A DNA stretch of 64,000 nucleotides from Gammaproteobacteria bacterium (GTDB lineage Bacteria; Pseudomonadota; Gammaproteobacteria; Eutrophobiales; Eutrophobiaceae), in NCBI GenBank assembly GCA_028281365.1, contig JANQJZ010000044.1, forward strand, positions 29,818 to 93,817, in the 5' to 3' direction. Position numbers and translations under genes: made by a program. Each line of letters opens with the position of its first letter. The first letter of the stretch is position 1. The notes beneath the pieces are model-generated. The model did no database searches, was not told the DNA's origin, and worked only from the letters and a program-made list of their open reading frames with translations. Below are positions 1 to 9,162 of the stretch, one piece after another.

Positions 1-231
1 AAAGGTTGGGTTTCCTTCTTCAGATAATGCTTTATATAAGCCTTCACGGGTTAGACCCGTGTCTCTGGCCAATTGACTCATATTTTTTGCACGAGCGATA
101 ACTCCCAATGCATGAACAATGAAAGCAGGATCATCACCTGCCTCTTCCAGACAGGCTTCAAGATACAACTGAATATCTTCTTCTGTTTTTAGATACTCAG
201 CTGAATCCCAGCGAGTAGTTTTAATTGCCAT
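1..231 (-). CDS. HigA-like antitoxin (addiction-module antidote, HTH), 3' end outside window
   Basis: Reverse-strand translation begins MAIKTTRWDSAEYLKTEEDIQLYLEACLEEAGDDPAFIVHALGVIARAKNMSQLARDTGLTREGLYKAL, typical of the antidote partner of HigB-type killers. It lies 3 nt downstream of the toxin gene in the same orientation. Confidence 0.6.
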   Translation of the reverse strand, partial: MAIKTTRWDSAEYLKTEEDIQLYLEACLEEAGDDPAFIVHALGVIARAKNMSQLARDTGLTREGLYKALSEEGNPTF

Positions 232-234
232 AGT

Positions 235-531
235 TCACTCCTCTAATTGCCTTGCAAGGTCTTTAGCCTTGACAATGTTTAATGCTTGAGAGTCTTTATC
301 ACCACCGCATAGTAGGATAACGACAATATCAGTAATCTGTTTGAAGTAGATTCGGTAGCCTGGTCCATAGAAAATACGCAGTTCGCTGACACCTTCACCA
401 ACCGGGCCAACATCACCGAAATGACCCATTTCCATTCTGTCAATTCGAGCCTGTATACGGGCTTTTGCCCGCCGGTCCCTTAGCTTATCGAACCATTTAT
501 CGAAAATTTCCGTTTTTCGAATTTCAATCAT
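235..531 (-). CDS. RelE/ParE-superfamily toxin (HigB-like addiction-module killer protein)
   Basis: 98 aa, MIEIRKTEIFDKWFDKLRDRRAKARIQARIDRMEMGHFGDVGPVGEGVSELRIFYGPGYRIYF, which is the family signature. Toxin-first gene order as in higBA. Confidence 0.7.
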   Translation of the reverse strand: MIEIRKTEIFDKWFDKLRDRRAKARIQARIDRMEMGHFGDVGPVGEGVSELRIFYGPGYRIYFKQITDIVVILLCGGDKDSQALNIVKAKDLARQLEE

Positions 532-537
532 TTGTAA

Positions 538-567
538 ACTATAGTTGACAATCTAACAACTGTCAAC
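538..567 (-). promoter_or_regulatory. Putative TA promoter/operator: -35 TTGACA, 17-bp spacer, -10 TATAGT, overlapped by inverted repeat GTTGACA-N10-TGTCAAC; apparently leaderless
   Basis: Read on the minus strand as TTGACAgttgttagattgtcaacTATAGTttacaaATG. The -10 ends 6 nt before the toxin start codon. The palindrome overlaps the -35 and spacer, as in autoregulated TA operators. Confidence 0.4.
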
Positions 568-668
568 TGTGGTTAACAGCTCGGTTACATTACATAATGC
601 CTTCTAACGATTGAACTCAGCGGCACGCCTTTAGCGCGTCGCTTTGGAGTTATTGGTTATAAGCCGTT

Positions 669-1244
669 TTATTTTGAATGATATTCTCCAAGCGCTTTTC
701 TTAAACCTCTAGTTGCATTTACTGCCCGATTGTAATCATTGATTTTGTATTTCTCATACTCACGATGATCAATCTCGTAAATATGTATACCAGAACGGGT
801 TTCCCACAGCCAAAGTAATTGATCTCTTAATGTGGCTTTGATAATACTTTTGTTCACCATCCTATTACATCTTTCACAAAAGCTATGCTTCTTACCTATG
901 ATGCCTACGGTTCCAGCGACTGCGAGAGTTTCACTTATTGAGCCCATTAAAGTTATAGCAGATTTGATTGTCATTTCTCTAGCCACACCGTATAGAGATG
1001 TTCGGTTTATAAGCCAAAGATAGACATCAGACTGGATTAGCGCATAAGCTAGGTTATTACGAACATTTTCATTTGAGACAAATGACAGTTGGCTTCTAAA
1101 GTGGTTTGCTGTGCGGATATACCCTTTTGGGAATTTGATTCTGCCAATACCATCTCGTCGATCACCTAGATAGTTTTGAATTTGCTGGAGACAAGTATCA
1201 GCAGTATTTACAACCAGCTTTAGTTCTTTGTCGTTAGAAATCAT
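669..1244 (-). CDS. Hypothetical soluble protein (191 aa), possibly HEPN-like (R-x6-H near C-terminus: RKALGEYH)
   Basis: ORF with no recognisable family. Co-directional with and 78 bp downstream of the 1323..1904 gene. Carries VRNNLAY and RGLRKALGEYH motifs. Confidence 0.45.
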   Translation of the reverse strand: MISNDKELKLVVNTADTCLQQIQNYLGDRRDGIGRIKFPKGYIRTANHFRSQLSFVSNENVRNNLAYALIQSDVYLWLINRTSLYGVAREMTIKSAITLMGSISETLAVAGTVGIIGKKHSFCERCNRMVNKSIIKATLRDQLLWLWETRSGIHIYEIDHREYEKYKINDYNRAVNATRGLRKALGEYHSK

Positions 1245-1322
1245 GCTTGTTTTCTGAAAAGCTTATAACGTTTGAATTCAGGCGGCGACAACGCCATCGT
1301 TTGGAATGATTTGTTAAGTGAA

Positions 1323-1904
1323 TTATCCACTACAACCACCAAATTTTTGCCAAGCTTCTCCCGCAATTAGCTCAGATTGATCTCTAGCAATTTCCATAAA
1401 TTTTGCTGCTTCTTTTTCGGATATAGGAAAGTCAACCTCATGTACAGCTTTGTTTCTAAGAGCACGCAAATCATTAATATTTGCTACATCCTGTTTTGTT
1501 AATACCTCAGCTTGTTCAAGAGTTTTTAAAGCAGTACCAAACATTATTCGCTTTCCTTTTGGAACTAAGTCGAAATATTGAACTGTAGATATAGCAGTTG
1601 CCTCTAAACCCAACCAAGATTCAAGGATGGCTGCTCTAGGTGATGCTTCTTTAACTTGTTCTAGATAATAGTCAGTTTCTTCCTCTTCTTGGTTTTTTTC
1701 AGTAACTTCAATACGTTTTTTAGACTCTTGAGATTTGATACTTAATTCATCAAGACCTTTCTCAAACTCCATTTCAAGTTCTTTATACTTAAGTTTTTTG
1801 AGTTGCGGCAACAACTCGATTAATGATTTACGCAAGACAAACAATCCAATCAGGATAGTAATTGGCCAAGCTAATGAATCTATGATAGCTACTATATGCT
1901 CCAT
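1323..1904 (-). CDS. Membrane-anchored coiled-coil protein with C-terminal DUF4145/HEPN-like domain (193 aa)
   Basis: N-terminal hydrophobic helix VAIIDSLAWPITILIGLFVL, then an E/K-rich coiled coil. The C-terminal region AILESWLGLEATAI...LRALRNKAVHEV matches the DUF4145 R..GN.A.H-type motif (R-x4-H). Confidence 0.5.
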   Translation of the reverse strand: MEHIVAIIDSLAWPITILIGLFVLRKSLIELLPQLKKLKYKELEMEFEKGLDELSIKSQESKKRIEVTEKNQEEEETDYYLEQVKEASPRAAILESWLGLEATAISTVQYFDLVPKGKRIMFGTALKTLEQAEVLTKQDVANINDLRALRNKAVHEVDFPISEKEAAKFMEIARDQSELIAGEAWQKFGGCSG

Positions 1905-1923
1905 ATTTCCTTAACGCTTAGGC

Positions 1924-1950
1924 TCAGACGCGCACCTTGTGCGCGTCTGA
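1924..1950. other. Perfect 12-bp GC-rich stem-loop (TCAGACGCGCAC ctt GTGCGCGTCTGA) between two co-directional genes
   Basis: Seen directly in the sequence. No clean T-tract follows on either strand, so this is not a canonical intrinsic terminator. It may be an attenuator, processing site or REP-like element. Confidence 0.6.
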
Positions 1951-1974
1951 CTGAAGTCTCTTGTTAGGTGACTA

Positions 1975-2466
1975 CTATTTTTTTCTAACGTACTCGACTT
2001 CATGAGATGAAATAACCTCTTTTCCGACATCATACATAGCAGTACTTCCACGAAGGATATTCCCATCTCCCACAATCTCTAGGAGAAGAACAGAATATGA
2101 CAGGCGATTTTTGATAGGAGAGCGGAATGTTAAGCTAACGAATCTATCTGATATATCACCCGACACGTCTAAGGATATTGTTTCAGAATTTAAATCTGGT
2201 TTTGGTACTAAAGTTGCGGTTCCAGAAAGGCGATGTGCAATTTGCTTTAGACTCATTACTTCATGTTGAGCCCATGATCCATCATCATCTGGACCATCCA
2301 CTAGTTCCCAAGTGCCTTGAATATTCAAACCTTTATATACGTGAGATTCATACTTTGGGATTACTGTGTCATTCCAAAATCTATTTAAAAACCAGAGAAG
2401 GGTAGCTGTCAGTACGCCGCTTACTAACCCTATCAATATACTATTTGCTGTGTCTGCGGAGATCAT
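1975..2466 (-). CDS. Hypothetical membrane-anchored protein (163 aa; single N-terminal TM, then ~130-aa likely beta-rich domain)
   Basis: N-terminus ILIGLVSGVLTATLLWFLNRFW is hydrophobic and the rest is a soluble domain with no recognisable family. A 200-bp AT-rich promoter-like region lies upstream. Confidence 0.45.
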   Translation of the reverse strand: MISADTANSILIGLVSGVLTATLLWFLNRFWNDTVIPKYESHVYKGLNIQGTWELVDGPDDDGSWAQHEVMSLKQIAHRLSGTATLVPKPDLNSETISLDVSGDISDRFVSLTFRSPIKNRLSYSVLLLEIVGDGNILRGSTAMYDVGKEVISSHEVEYVRKK

Positions 2467-2668
2467 TTAGTCACCTAACTACGGTTTTTAAGTGGCAGAT
2501 TGTCCCATAAACTTATATAGAGGCGCATAACGGATATCATAGAAAATCTCCTTGTATCAATAAAATATGAAATAGACAAACTATAGTAACTCTATATGCA
2601 AAGTACCCATTTTATATTTTGAATATTTAATAAGTAATTATAGAACATTACTGTGAATGTCATGGCTT

Positions 2669-3331
2669 TTAATTTAAAACTACCCGATACAGCTCATGCC
2701 CACTTTCGTAATACTTCTTCTCAAACGGGCTGATAAAATCTTTTATATCGACATTATCTATTGATGTTTTTTTGTTTGTGACTATATCCAATGCGAATTT
2801 AAATTCCTCTGCATAGATCTGCCAGTTGGTTCTTAATTCTATTTGATCACTTAGACCAACCATCTCAGGAAAAATCGGATGTCCCTGCCAACGTCGTTTT
2901 AATTGATCTTTTTTCGGCCAGGGGTTTGGATAAAGCAGGTAATGTTTTTTTATGTTCCAGTTTGTTTTTTTTGTTAAACGCCAAATGTCAACAATATCTG
3001 CCCTGACAAGGATTAAATTATCTTCATGATAAACCGTTTTATCTTTTATTAATTTATCCAAACGTTTTTCAGATTTATCGATACCGATAATTAAATTATC
3101 AGGATAAATTTTTACCAGGTTAAAACTACTCTCACCCGTGCCACAACCCGAATCAAGAATGATAGGTTTGTTAACCTTTTTTTGTATTTCATCAACCTGA
3201 TGAAAGATGTCTTCAGAAAATTCCCGATACGGTTTTTTATATGGGTGCGATAAATGTTTTTTAACTATCTGTTCGAGATCTTTGTGAATACCCGATTGAT
3301 TACTGCTAACAACGTTTGATCTTTTCGTCAT
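2669..3331 (-). CDS. trmB: tRNA (guanine46-N7)-methyltransferase
   Basis: LDSGCGTGE SAM-binding motif, PNPWPKK motif, 220 aa. Confidence 0.85.
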   Translation of the reverse strand: MTKRSNVVSSNQSGIHKDLEQIVKKHLSHPYKKPYREFSEDIFHQVDEIQKKVNKPIILDSGCGTGESSFNLVKIYPDNLIIGIDKSEKRLDKLIKDKTVYHEDNLILVRADIVDIWRLTKKTNWNIKKHYLLYPNPWPKKDQLKRRWQGHPIFPEMVGLSDQIELRTNWQIYAEEFKFALDIVTNKKTSIDNVDIKDFISPFEKKYYESGHELYRVVLN

Positions 3332-4218
3332 TAATCCTGAAATTGAATAACGGATTGCGCCTCAAACACCGGCCCATCGACACAAACGCGTTTCATTGCC
3401 GGGCCGTTATCGGTTTCGATTAACACCGTACAACCCGCACAACCGCCTACAGCACAAGCCATGTATTCTTCCAAAGAAACCTGACACGGTAGATCATATT
3501 CTCTTGCCAGTTGTGCAACGGCTTTTAACATCAGTGTCGGGCCGCAGGAAAAGATCTCAACTTCCTTACGTTGATCTTTATCAAGATTATTCAGCCAATG
3601 CCGGGCGAGATCGGTGACATAACCATTAAAACAGCCGGGATAGTCTTGCAGACTTGTTAAACGTGATGGAATCCCCCAATCGTCCAGTAATGGCATAGAT
3701 GCAATTACTTCAGCAGGCATTCCGTTTAGTATGATTTGTGATGGTCGGCTTTTAAATGGAAACGGGATCTCTGATCCCATGATAACCAGAGGATTTAAAT
3801 CTTTTGTCGTATTTTTTATATGTTCTGCCAGGAACACCATCGGCGGAATACCTACACCGCCACCAATCAATAAAGGTCGTTTTTTATATTTATCCAGTTT
3901 AAATGATTGTCCTATCGGGCCAATCAGATCAATTTGATCACCGACGTTGCGTTTTGATAAAAGATCGGTTCCTTCACCATGCACTTTATAGAGAACATCA
4001 ATCGTATTTTCTTTCGCATTACTACGCATGATCGACATGGGTCTACGCATGTATAAAACCGGATCGCATTGCATATGAATAAAATGACCTGGCCTGGCAT
4101 GGGCAGCAGTCTCCGGTGCCTGTAAGCGCATATGGAATTGTTGTTCGGCATATTCATCTTGCGAAAGCAGTTCTGCCTGTTCCACATATAATGTGTTTCG
4201 TGTTGCAGGATGTGTCAT
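3331..4218 (-). CDS. PyrK-like FAD/NAD(P)-binding oxidoreductase with C-terminal [2Fe-2S] (DHODH electron-transfer subunit / NfnA / SudB family)
   Basis: FNR-like fold (RPMSIMS, GGGVGIPP) and C-terminal CAVGGCAGC...C cluster motif. 1-nt overlap with trmB. Confidence 0.65.
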   Translation of the reverse strand: MTHPATRNTLYVEQAELLSQDEYAEQQFHMRLQAPETAAHARPGHFIHMQCDPVLYMRRPMSIMRSNAKENTIDVLYKVHGEGTDLLSKRNVGDQIDLIGPIGQSFKLDKYKKRPLLIGGGVGIPPMVFLAEHIKNTTKDLNPLVIMGSEIPFPFKSRPSQIILNGMPAEVIASMPLLDDWGIPSRLTSLQDYPGCFNGYVTDLARHWLNNLDKDQRKEVEIFSCGPTLMLKAVAQLAREYDLPCQVSLEEYMACAVGGCAGCTVLIETDNGPAMKRVCVDGPVFEAQSVIQFQD

Positions 4219-4221
4219 TAA

Positions 4222-5499
4222 TTATTCCCGGGTAAAAACAACTTCACCATTTAATATTGTATGAGATACCTGTCCTGGTAACTCCCAACCTTTAAACGGT
4301 GAATTTTTTCCGGCACTATGTAAATTATCCTGTTCTACGTTTGTGCTCTTATCTAAATCTACAATACATATATCGGCATCTTTATCTATTTCAATCCTGC
4401 CTTTGTCAATTCCCAATATATTTGCAGGTTGTGATGTCAGTAATGGTATTGCTTTTTCTAATTTTATCTCTTTGCGATCAACCAGGTGTAATAATAAAGG
4501 TAATAGATGTTCTATGGTTGACGCACCTGGTTCGGTCAAACTAAACGGTGCCGATTTCGCATCAACGTCATGCGGTTGATGGTCTGAACAAACGGCTGTT
4601 ATAACACCATCATTAATCCCGTTAATTAATCCCTGGCGATCTCGTTCACTTCTTAATGGTGGCTGTAGATGACAATCACTATTGTAATCTGCAATATCCA
4701 TTTCCGTGAGATGCAGGTTACATATTGCAACGTCGGCTGTTACCGGGAGATCTTTTGCTTGTGCTTCCTGGATTAATTTAACGCCGCGTGCTGTTGATAA
4801 GCGGCAGAAATGAGTTTTAACATTAGTCTGTTCAACTAAAAGAAGGGCACGACTTAACGCGACTGTCTCTGCTGTTTCGGGTATAGGCGGTAAACCTAAA
4901 CGTGTACTTAATTGCCCTTCATGTGCAACACCATTATTCCTTAACGATGTATCTTCTGCATAAAAGAAAACCGTCAGGTCACAGCTACGTGCGTATTCAA
5001 ATGCACGTCTTAGTACTTCTGTATTTTCAATTGGTGCAAGTGCATTACTGACACCAATACAACCTGCCTGTTTCAATGTATTCATCTCGGCTAATTGTTC
5101 ACCTTGTAAGCCGAGGGTTAAAGCGCCTAATGGAAATACATTAGTGCGTTTAGTCTCGGATGCACGTTGTTGAATCAGATCAACGACTGCTGTTGTATCA
5201 ATAACGGGCTTGGTATCAGGTGGGCAACATATAGAAGTGATGCCGCTACTATTTGCAGCGTAACATTCTGTTTCAAACGTTGCTTTATATTCAAAACCAG
5301 GTTCTCGCAGGCGTGCACATAAATCGATCAAACCGGGTATAACAATTTTGTCTTTCGCATCTATTTCTACATCGCTATCGAAACCGCCTGGTTTCTTTTT
5401 GATACCAACTATCTTGTCATCAGCAATAAATAAATCCTGTTTTGCATCCAGTTTGTTTGTCGGATCAAAAAGTCTACCGCCCTTGATATGGATATTCAT
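4222..5499 (-). CDS. pyrC': Dihydroorotase-like protein PyrC' (inactive ATCase structural subunit)
   Basis: DHOase fold, but the HxH metal motif is replaced (IDLCARLREPG). 1-nt overlap with pyrB as in Pseudomonas. Confidence 0.8.
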   Translation of the reverse strand: MNIHIKGGRLFDPTNKLDAKQDLFIADDKIVGIKKKPGGFDSDVEIDAKDKIVIPGLIDLCARLREPGFEYKATFETECYAANSSGITSICCPPDTKPVIDTTAVVDLIQQRASETKRTNVFPLGALTLGLQGEQLAEMNTLKQAGCIGVSNALAPIENTEVLRRAFEYARSCDLTVFFYAEDTSLRNNGVAHEGQLSTRLGLPPIPETAETVALSRALLLVEQTNVKTHFCRLSTARGVKLIQEAQAKDLPVTADVAICNLHLTEMDIADYNSDCHLQPPLRSERDRQGLINGINDGVITAVCSDHQPHDVDAKSAPFSLTEPGASTIEHLLPLLLHLVDRKEIKLEKAIPLLTSQPANILGIDKGRIEIDKDADICIVDLDKSTNVEQDNLHSAGKNSPFKGWELPGQVSHTILNGEVVFTRE

Positions 5500-6479
5500 T
5501 ATTCATTTTCCTCCATATCATCACCGCTTCGTCCCATGGTCATTGCCATTACAGCCATGCGCACAGCAATACCATGACTGACTTGCTGCAAAATAACCGA
5601 GCGCTCACTATCGGCTACACTGGAATCGATTTCAACACCACGATTTATTGGACCCGGATGCATGACAATCGCATCGGGCTTTGCTTTCTCTAATCGTTTA
5701 CCGGTTAATCCGTAACGCTGAAAATATTCAAATTCACTGGGCAATAATGCGCCCCGCATACGTTCCCGTTGCAAACGTAACATCATCACGACATCAACGC
5801 CTTCAAGACCCTCATCCATATCGTGATGAACATGCACACCTAAACTTTCTACTTCTTTAGGTATTAATGTATGTGGTGCAACGATCCGTGTTTCTAATAC
5901 GCCTAATGTGTTTAGTGCATGGATCTCCGACCGGGCTACCCGTGAATGTAAGACATCACCAACGATTGCAACACGCAGGTTTTCGAACTCCTTTTTATGT
6001 CGGCGTATAGTAAACATATCCAGCATTGCCTGGGTCGGATGGGCATGACGACCGTCACCCGCATTAATGACACTGATATGGGGTGCTACTTGAGTTGCAA
6101 TATAATGTGCTGCACCACTATTTGCATGTCTGACCACAAACATATCGCAATGCATGGCCTCAAGTGTTTGCAGAGTATCACTAAGAGATTCACCCTTACT
6201 TGTTGCAGAAGTAGAGATATTCAGGTTCAGGATATCGGCTGATAATCGCTTGGCTGCAAGTTCAAACGTTGTACGGGTCCGGGTACTGGGTTCAAAAAAC
6301 AGGTTGGCTATGGTCTTACCACGTAAAAGCGGGACCTTTTTTACCGGTCTGTCACCGACAGTCGCAAAGGATTCAGCGTGATCGAGGATTTTCTGGAGTA
6401 AAGATTGGCTTAAACCTTCTGTAGTAAGAAAATGTTTTAGATTGCCGTTATTGTCGAGTTGAATTGTGTTTCCAGTCAT
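5499..6479 (-). CDS. pyrB: Aspartate carbamoyltransferase catalytic chain
   Basis: STRTR, HPTQ and HPGP motifs. Confidence 0.9.
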   Translation of the reverse strand: MTGNTIQLDNNGNLKHFLTTEGLSQSLLQKILDHAESFATVGDRPVKKVPLLRGKTIANLFFEPSTRTRTTFELAAKRLSADILNLNISTSATSKGESLSDTLQTLEAMHCDMFVVRHANSGAAHYIATQVAPHISVINAGDGRHAHPTQAMLDMFTIRRHKKEFENLRVAIVGDVLHSRVARSEIHALNTLGVLETRIVAPHTLIPKEVESLGVHVHHDMDEGLEGVDVVMMLRLQRERMRGALLPSEFEYFQRYGLTGKRLEKAKPDAIVMHPGPINRGVEIDSSVADSERSVILQQVSHGIAVRMAVMAMTMGRSGDDMEENE

Positions 6480-6982
6480 CCCGTTTGTTTTATTTCCAGT
6501 GCCAATGGCTCTGGGCCGGAGAGTTTAGCATGTTCTCCCTCATTCAGGATAATTGTTTTTCCAATTATATCAGCCTGGATAGGAAGTTCTCTCCCGCTAC
6601 GATCGATCAATACAGCTAAACTAATACTCTTTGGTCGACCGTAATCAAAGATCTCATTCATGGCCGCACGGATGGTTCTACCTGTATAGAGCACATCGTC
6701 AACAAGAATAATGTGGCGATTCTTGATATCGACAGGCAATTGACTTGGGCTAACTTCGGGGTGCATACCTAATGTACTGAAATCATCCCGATAAAAAGCA
6801 ATATTTAATTCTCCTAATGGATCACTATAGCCAAGCTGTTCATGCAACTGTTTGGCAATCCATGCACCGCCCCGCTTGATTCCTATCATCAGGGGATCTT
6901 CATGACCACTTCTACCAGTATGTTCTTTAATTGAACTGGCCATCTCAGTGAGTAACTCATCAATATTAATTTGTTCAGACAT
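6476..6982 (-). CDS. pyrR: Bifunctional pyrimidine operon regulator / uracil phosphoribosyltransferase
   Basis: PRTase motif [11 protein letters not shown], 168 aa. Overlaps pyrB by 4 nt. Confidence 0.85.
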   Translation of the reverse strand: MSEQINIDELLTEMASSIKEHTGRSGHEDPLMIGIKRGGAWIAKQLHEQLGYSDPLGELNIAFYRDDFSTLGMHPEVSPSQLPVDIKNRHIILVDDVLYTGRTIRAAMNEIFDYGRPKSISLAVLIDRSGRELPIQADIIGKTIILNEGEHAKLSGPEPLALEIKQTG

Positions 6983-6987
6983 TTTAT

Positions 6988-7422
6988 CTAGTGTTCCTGA
7001 TTATCTGTCGCTTTATGATTATTGTTACTAGTATTTTCATTTAGCCATGTTTCAAGAATAAGTCGGGCAGCTACTGGATCAAGGTTTCTGGTTGATTTCA
7101 ACTCCCGCCTCGCTTCATAGCTGGATAGTTGTTCTTCGATCATTTCAACTGAAATATTAAATCGATTTTGAAGTTGTCGGGTAAATTTTTCAGCCGCCTC
7201 TGTCATTTCTTGCCGATCACCTTCCAGTGTTAATGGTTGACCAACAATTAATTTATTCGGGTTCCAGCGTTCGATCAAATATTCAATATTATCCCAATCA
7301 GGCTTACCGCCTACTATCATTATTGTTTCAAGCGCGGTGGCTGTGCCAGTTACTGTTTGCCCTACTGCTGCACCAATCCGCTTTTTACCATAATCAAAGC
7401 AGAGTAATGTTTGATTGTTCAC
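6988..7422 (-). CDS. ruvX: Holliday-junction resolvase-like protein YqgF/RuvX
   Basis: N-terminal LCFDYGKKRIGAAVG motif. Confidence 0.85.
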   Translation of the reverse strand: MNNQTLLCFDYGKKRIGAAVGQTVTGTATALETIMIVGGKPDWDNIEYLIERWNPNKLIVGQPLTLEGDRQEMTEAAEKFTRQLQNRFNISVEMIEEQLSSYEARRELKSTRNLDPVAARLILETWLNENTSNNNHKATDNQEH

Positions 7423-8003
7423 GCGTGACCAATATCAGATGATAACTTATCAATATCAACTCCCATATGGCCGGCAGCAAGTTCCCAACAATGTTCATAA
7501 GGAGTATTAAAAATTATATCCCGATCGGCAGGCCCACTTAACCAGGCGTTATCCATTATTTCCTGCTCAAGCTGTCCACCAGCCCAACCAGCATAACCCA
7601 GTGCGATTAGCGAGTCTTTTGGTCCATCACCTTCAGCAATCGCTTCAAGAATATCTTTTGATGTTGTAACACAAATCTCTTCCGAGACAATAATTGATGA
7701 ATCCCACTGCTGATTTGCATTATGTAAAATAAATCCACGATCTGTATGAACAGGCCCACCGTGAAATATTTTTTTAGCATAAGCATCCGGATCATTAATA
7801 GGTATTTCCATTTGCTCGAATATTTCCCCAAGCTCTATATCAAGTGGTTTATTAATTACGATTCCCATCGCTCCTTCTTCATTGTGAGCGCAAATATACG
7901 TTACAGTTCTCTCAAAGTTTGGGTCTTTGAGACTCGGCATCGCAATCAGGAACTGATTAGTCAGATTTGTTTGCTCCATACGGATAGTATCAACAGTTAT
8001 CAC
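7419..8003 (-). CDS. algH: YqgE/AlgH family protein (UPF0301)
   Basis: LIAMPSLKDPNFERTVTYICAHNEEGAMGIVINKP signature. Confidence 0.85.
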   Translation of the reverse strand: MITVDTIRMEQTNLTNQFLIAMPSLKDPNFERTVTYICAHNEEGAMGIVINKPLDIELGEIFEQMEIPINDPDAYAKKIFHGGPVHTDRGFILHNANQQWDSSIIVSEEICVTTSKDILEAIAEGDGPKDSLIALGYAGWAGGQLEQEIMDNAWLSGPADRDIIFNTPYEHCWELAAGHMGVDIDKLSSDIGHA

Positions 8004-8068
8004 TATTTCAACAAGCTTTTTTAATATTCAACAACAAGCAATATTTATGCAAATTAATAAAAAATACT

Positions 8069-9085
8069 TTATCTAAAGCCTTTATTATTTATAAATTGCC
8101 ATGTTCTCATAATATGAAGAATATCTGTTTCATCCTTGATATGCTGTGGAAATGGAGCATATGGTGCAGCCAGTTCAACAATCCTAACCGCTGCATCATC
8201 CAGTATTTTTTCACCTGAAGATCTTCTTATTGTAATTTCATTGATAGAGCCATCAGCATTCAAGGCAACATCAAGAACCAGGCTGCCCGATAAATTTTGT
8301 TGCCTTGCTTTCTCCGGATAATTCAAATTACCAACGCGTTCTACCTTTGATCGCCATGCTTCCATATAAGCTGCATATTTATATTCTTTCGTCGTTGCCG
8401 AAATAAAAGTACGTCTTGGTCGTTTAGCCTTGGCTTCCATCTTGCGCCTGACCTCGGCGCTTAATGATGCGATCTTAAAACTATTAGTTAACAATTCAGT
8501 AGCCGATGGCATTTTTGGCTTTTTAATAGTTTCCTTTACTCTTGTCTTTTCCTTTACTGTATTTGGTTTGGTCTCTTTTGTTTTAATTTCTTTTTCTTCT
8601 GTAATTTTCTTTTCCTTTGCGGGTGTTTCAACTTTTTCAATTACCGGATCAGGACTTTTTTCATTTTCTACCGCTATTTTCTCAACTATCTCTTTTTTAA
8701 CGGGTTCGGGCTCCGGTACTTCCACTTCTGCCGCAACCGGTTCAGGTGGCTGTGGTGGCTGGGTTACGACAGGTGGTGGTGGTGTTATATTGGGTTCCGG
8801 GTCCGGGAATGGTGCTGGTAATGGTGCCGCAGGATTCAGAACTTCTTCAACATCTCCACCACCCTCGAGGCTTGCTTGCGCCAGCATGTCAGCTTCTTTA
8901 GGTTCCGGACTTTTTTGTTGAACAATTACGATCTCCATTGTGTCATAACGTGCCCGGGAACGATCCTCTTCTATAAATGTAATACCCAATATAACTATTG
9001 CATGAACTAATATGGCAATACTTAATGTCAAACCAAAACGATCAAATGGTGTAATTATCGGTTTAACTGCCTGAACTGTTGCCAC
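8069..9085 (-). CDS. TonB-like energy transducer (N-terminal TM, Pro/Glu/Lys-rich spacer, C-terminal TonB domain)
   Basis: Pro-rich PEPEP/PPQPPEP repeats and a C-terminal TonB_C-like region. Sits between gshB and algH as in Pseudomonas (PA0406). Confidence 0.7.
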   Translation of the reverse strand: MATVQAVKPIITPFDRFGLTLSIAILVHAIVILGITFIEEDRSRARYDTMEIVIVQQKSPEPKEADMLAQASLEGGGDVEEVLNPAAPLPAPFPDPEPNITPPPPVVTQPPQPPEPVAAEVEVPEPEPVKKEIVEKIAVENEKSPDPVIEKVETPAKEKKITEEKEIKTKETKPNTVKEKTRVKETIKKPKMPSATELLTNSFKIASLSAEVRRKMEAKAKRPRRTFISATTKEYKYAAYMEAWRSKVERVGNLNYPEKARQQNLSGSLVLDVALNADGSINEITIRRSSGEKILDDAAVRIVELAAPYAPFPQHIKDETDILHIMRTWQFINNKGFR

Positions 9086-9162
9086 GGTGAAGCCTGCTAT
9101 TGAAGTACCTGGTGACGAAAAACATATTTTGTTTCACACATTAAGTTCATAAATTATTCAAA

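Noticed and set aside
8430-8921. 163-aa ORF on the plus strand, rich in Gly/Ser/Ala/Thr
   Set aside because: It lies antisense to the Pro/Glu/Lys-rich spacer of the TonB-like gene. Its low-complexity translation is an artefact of that repeat, and there is no RBS or independent support.
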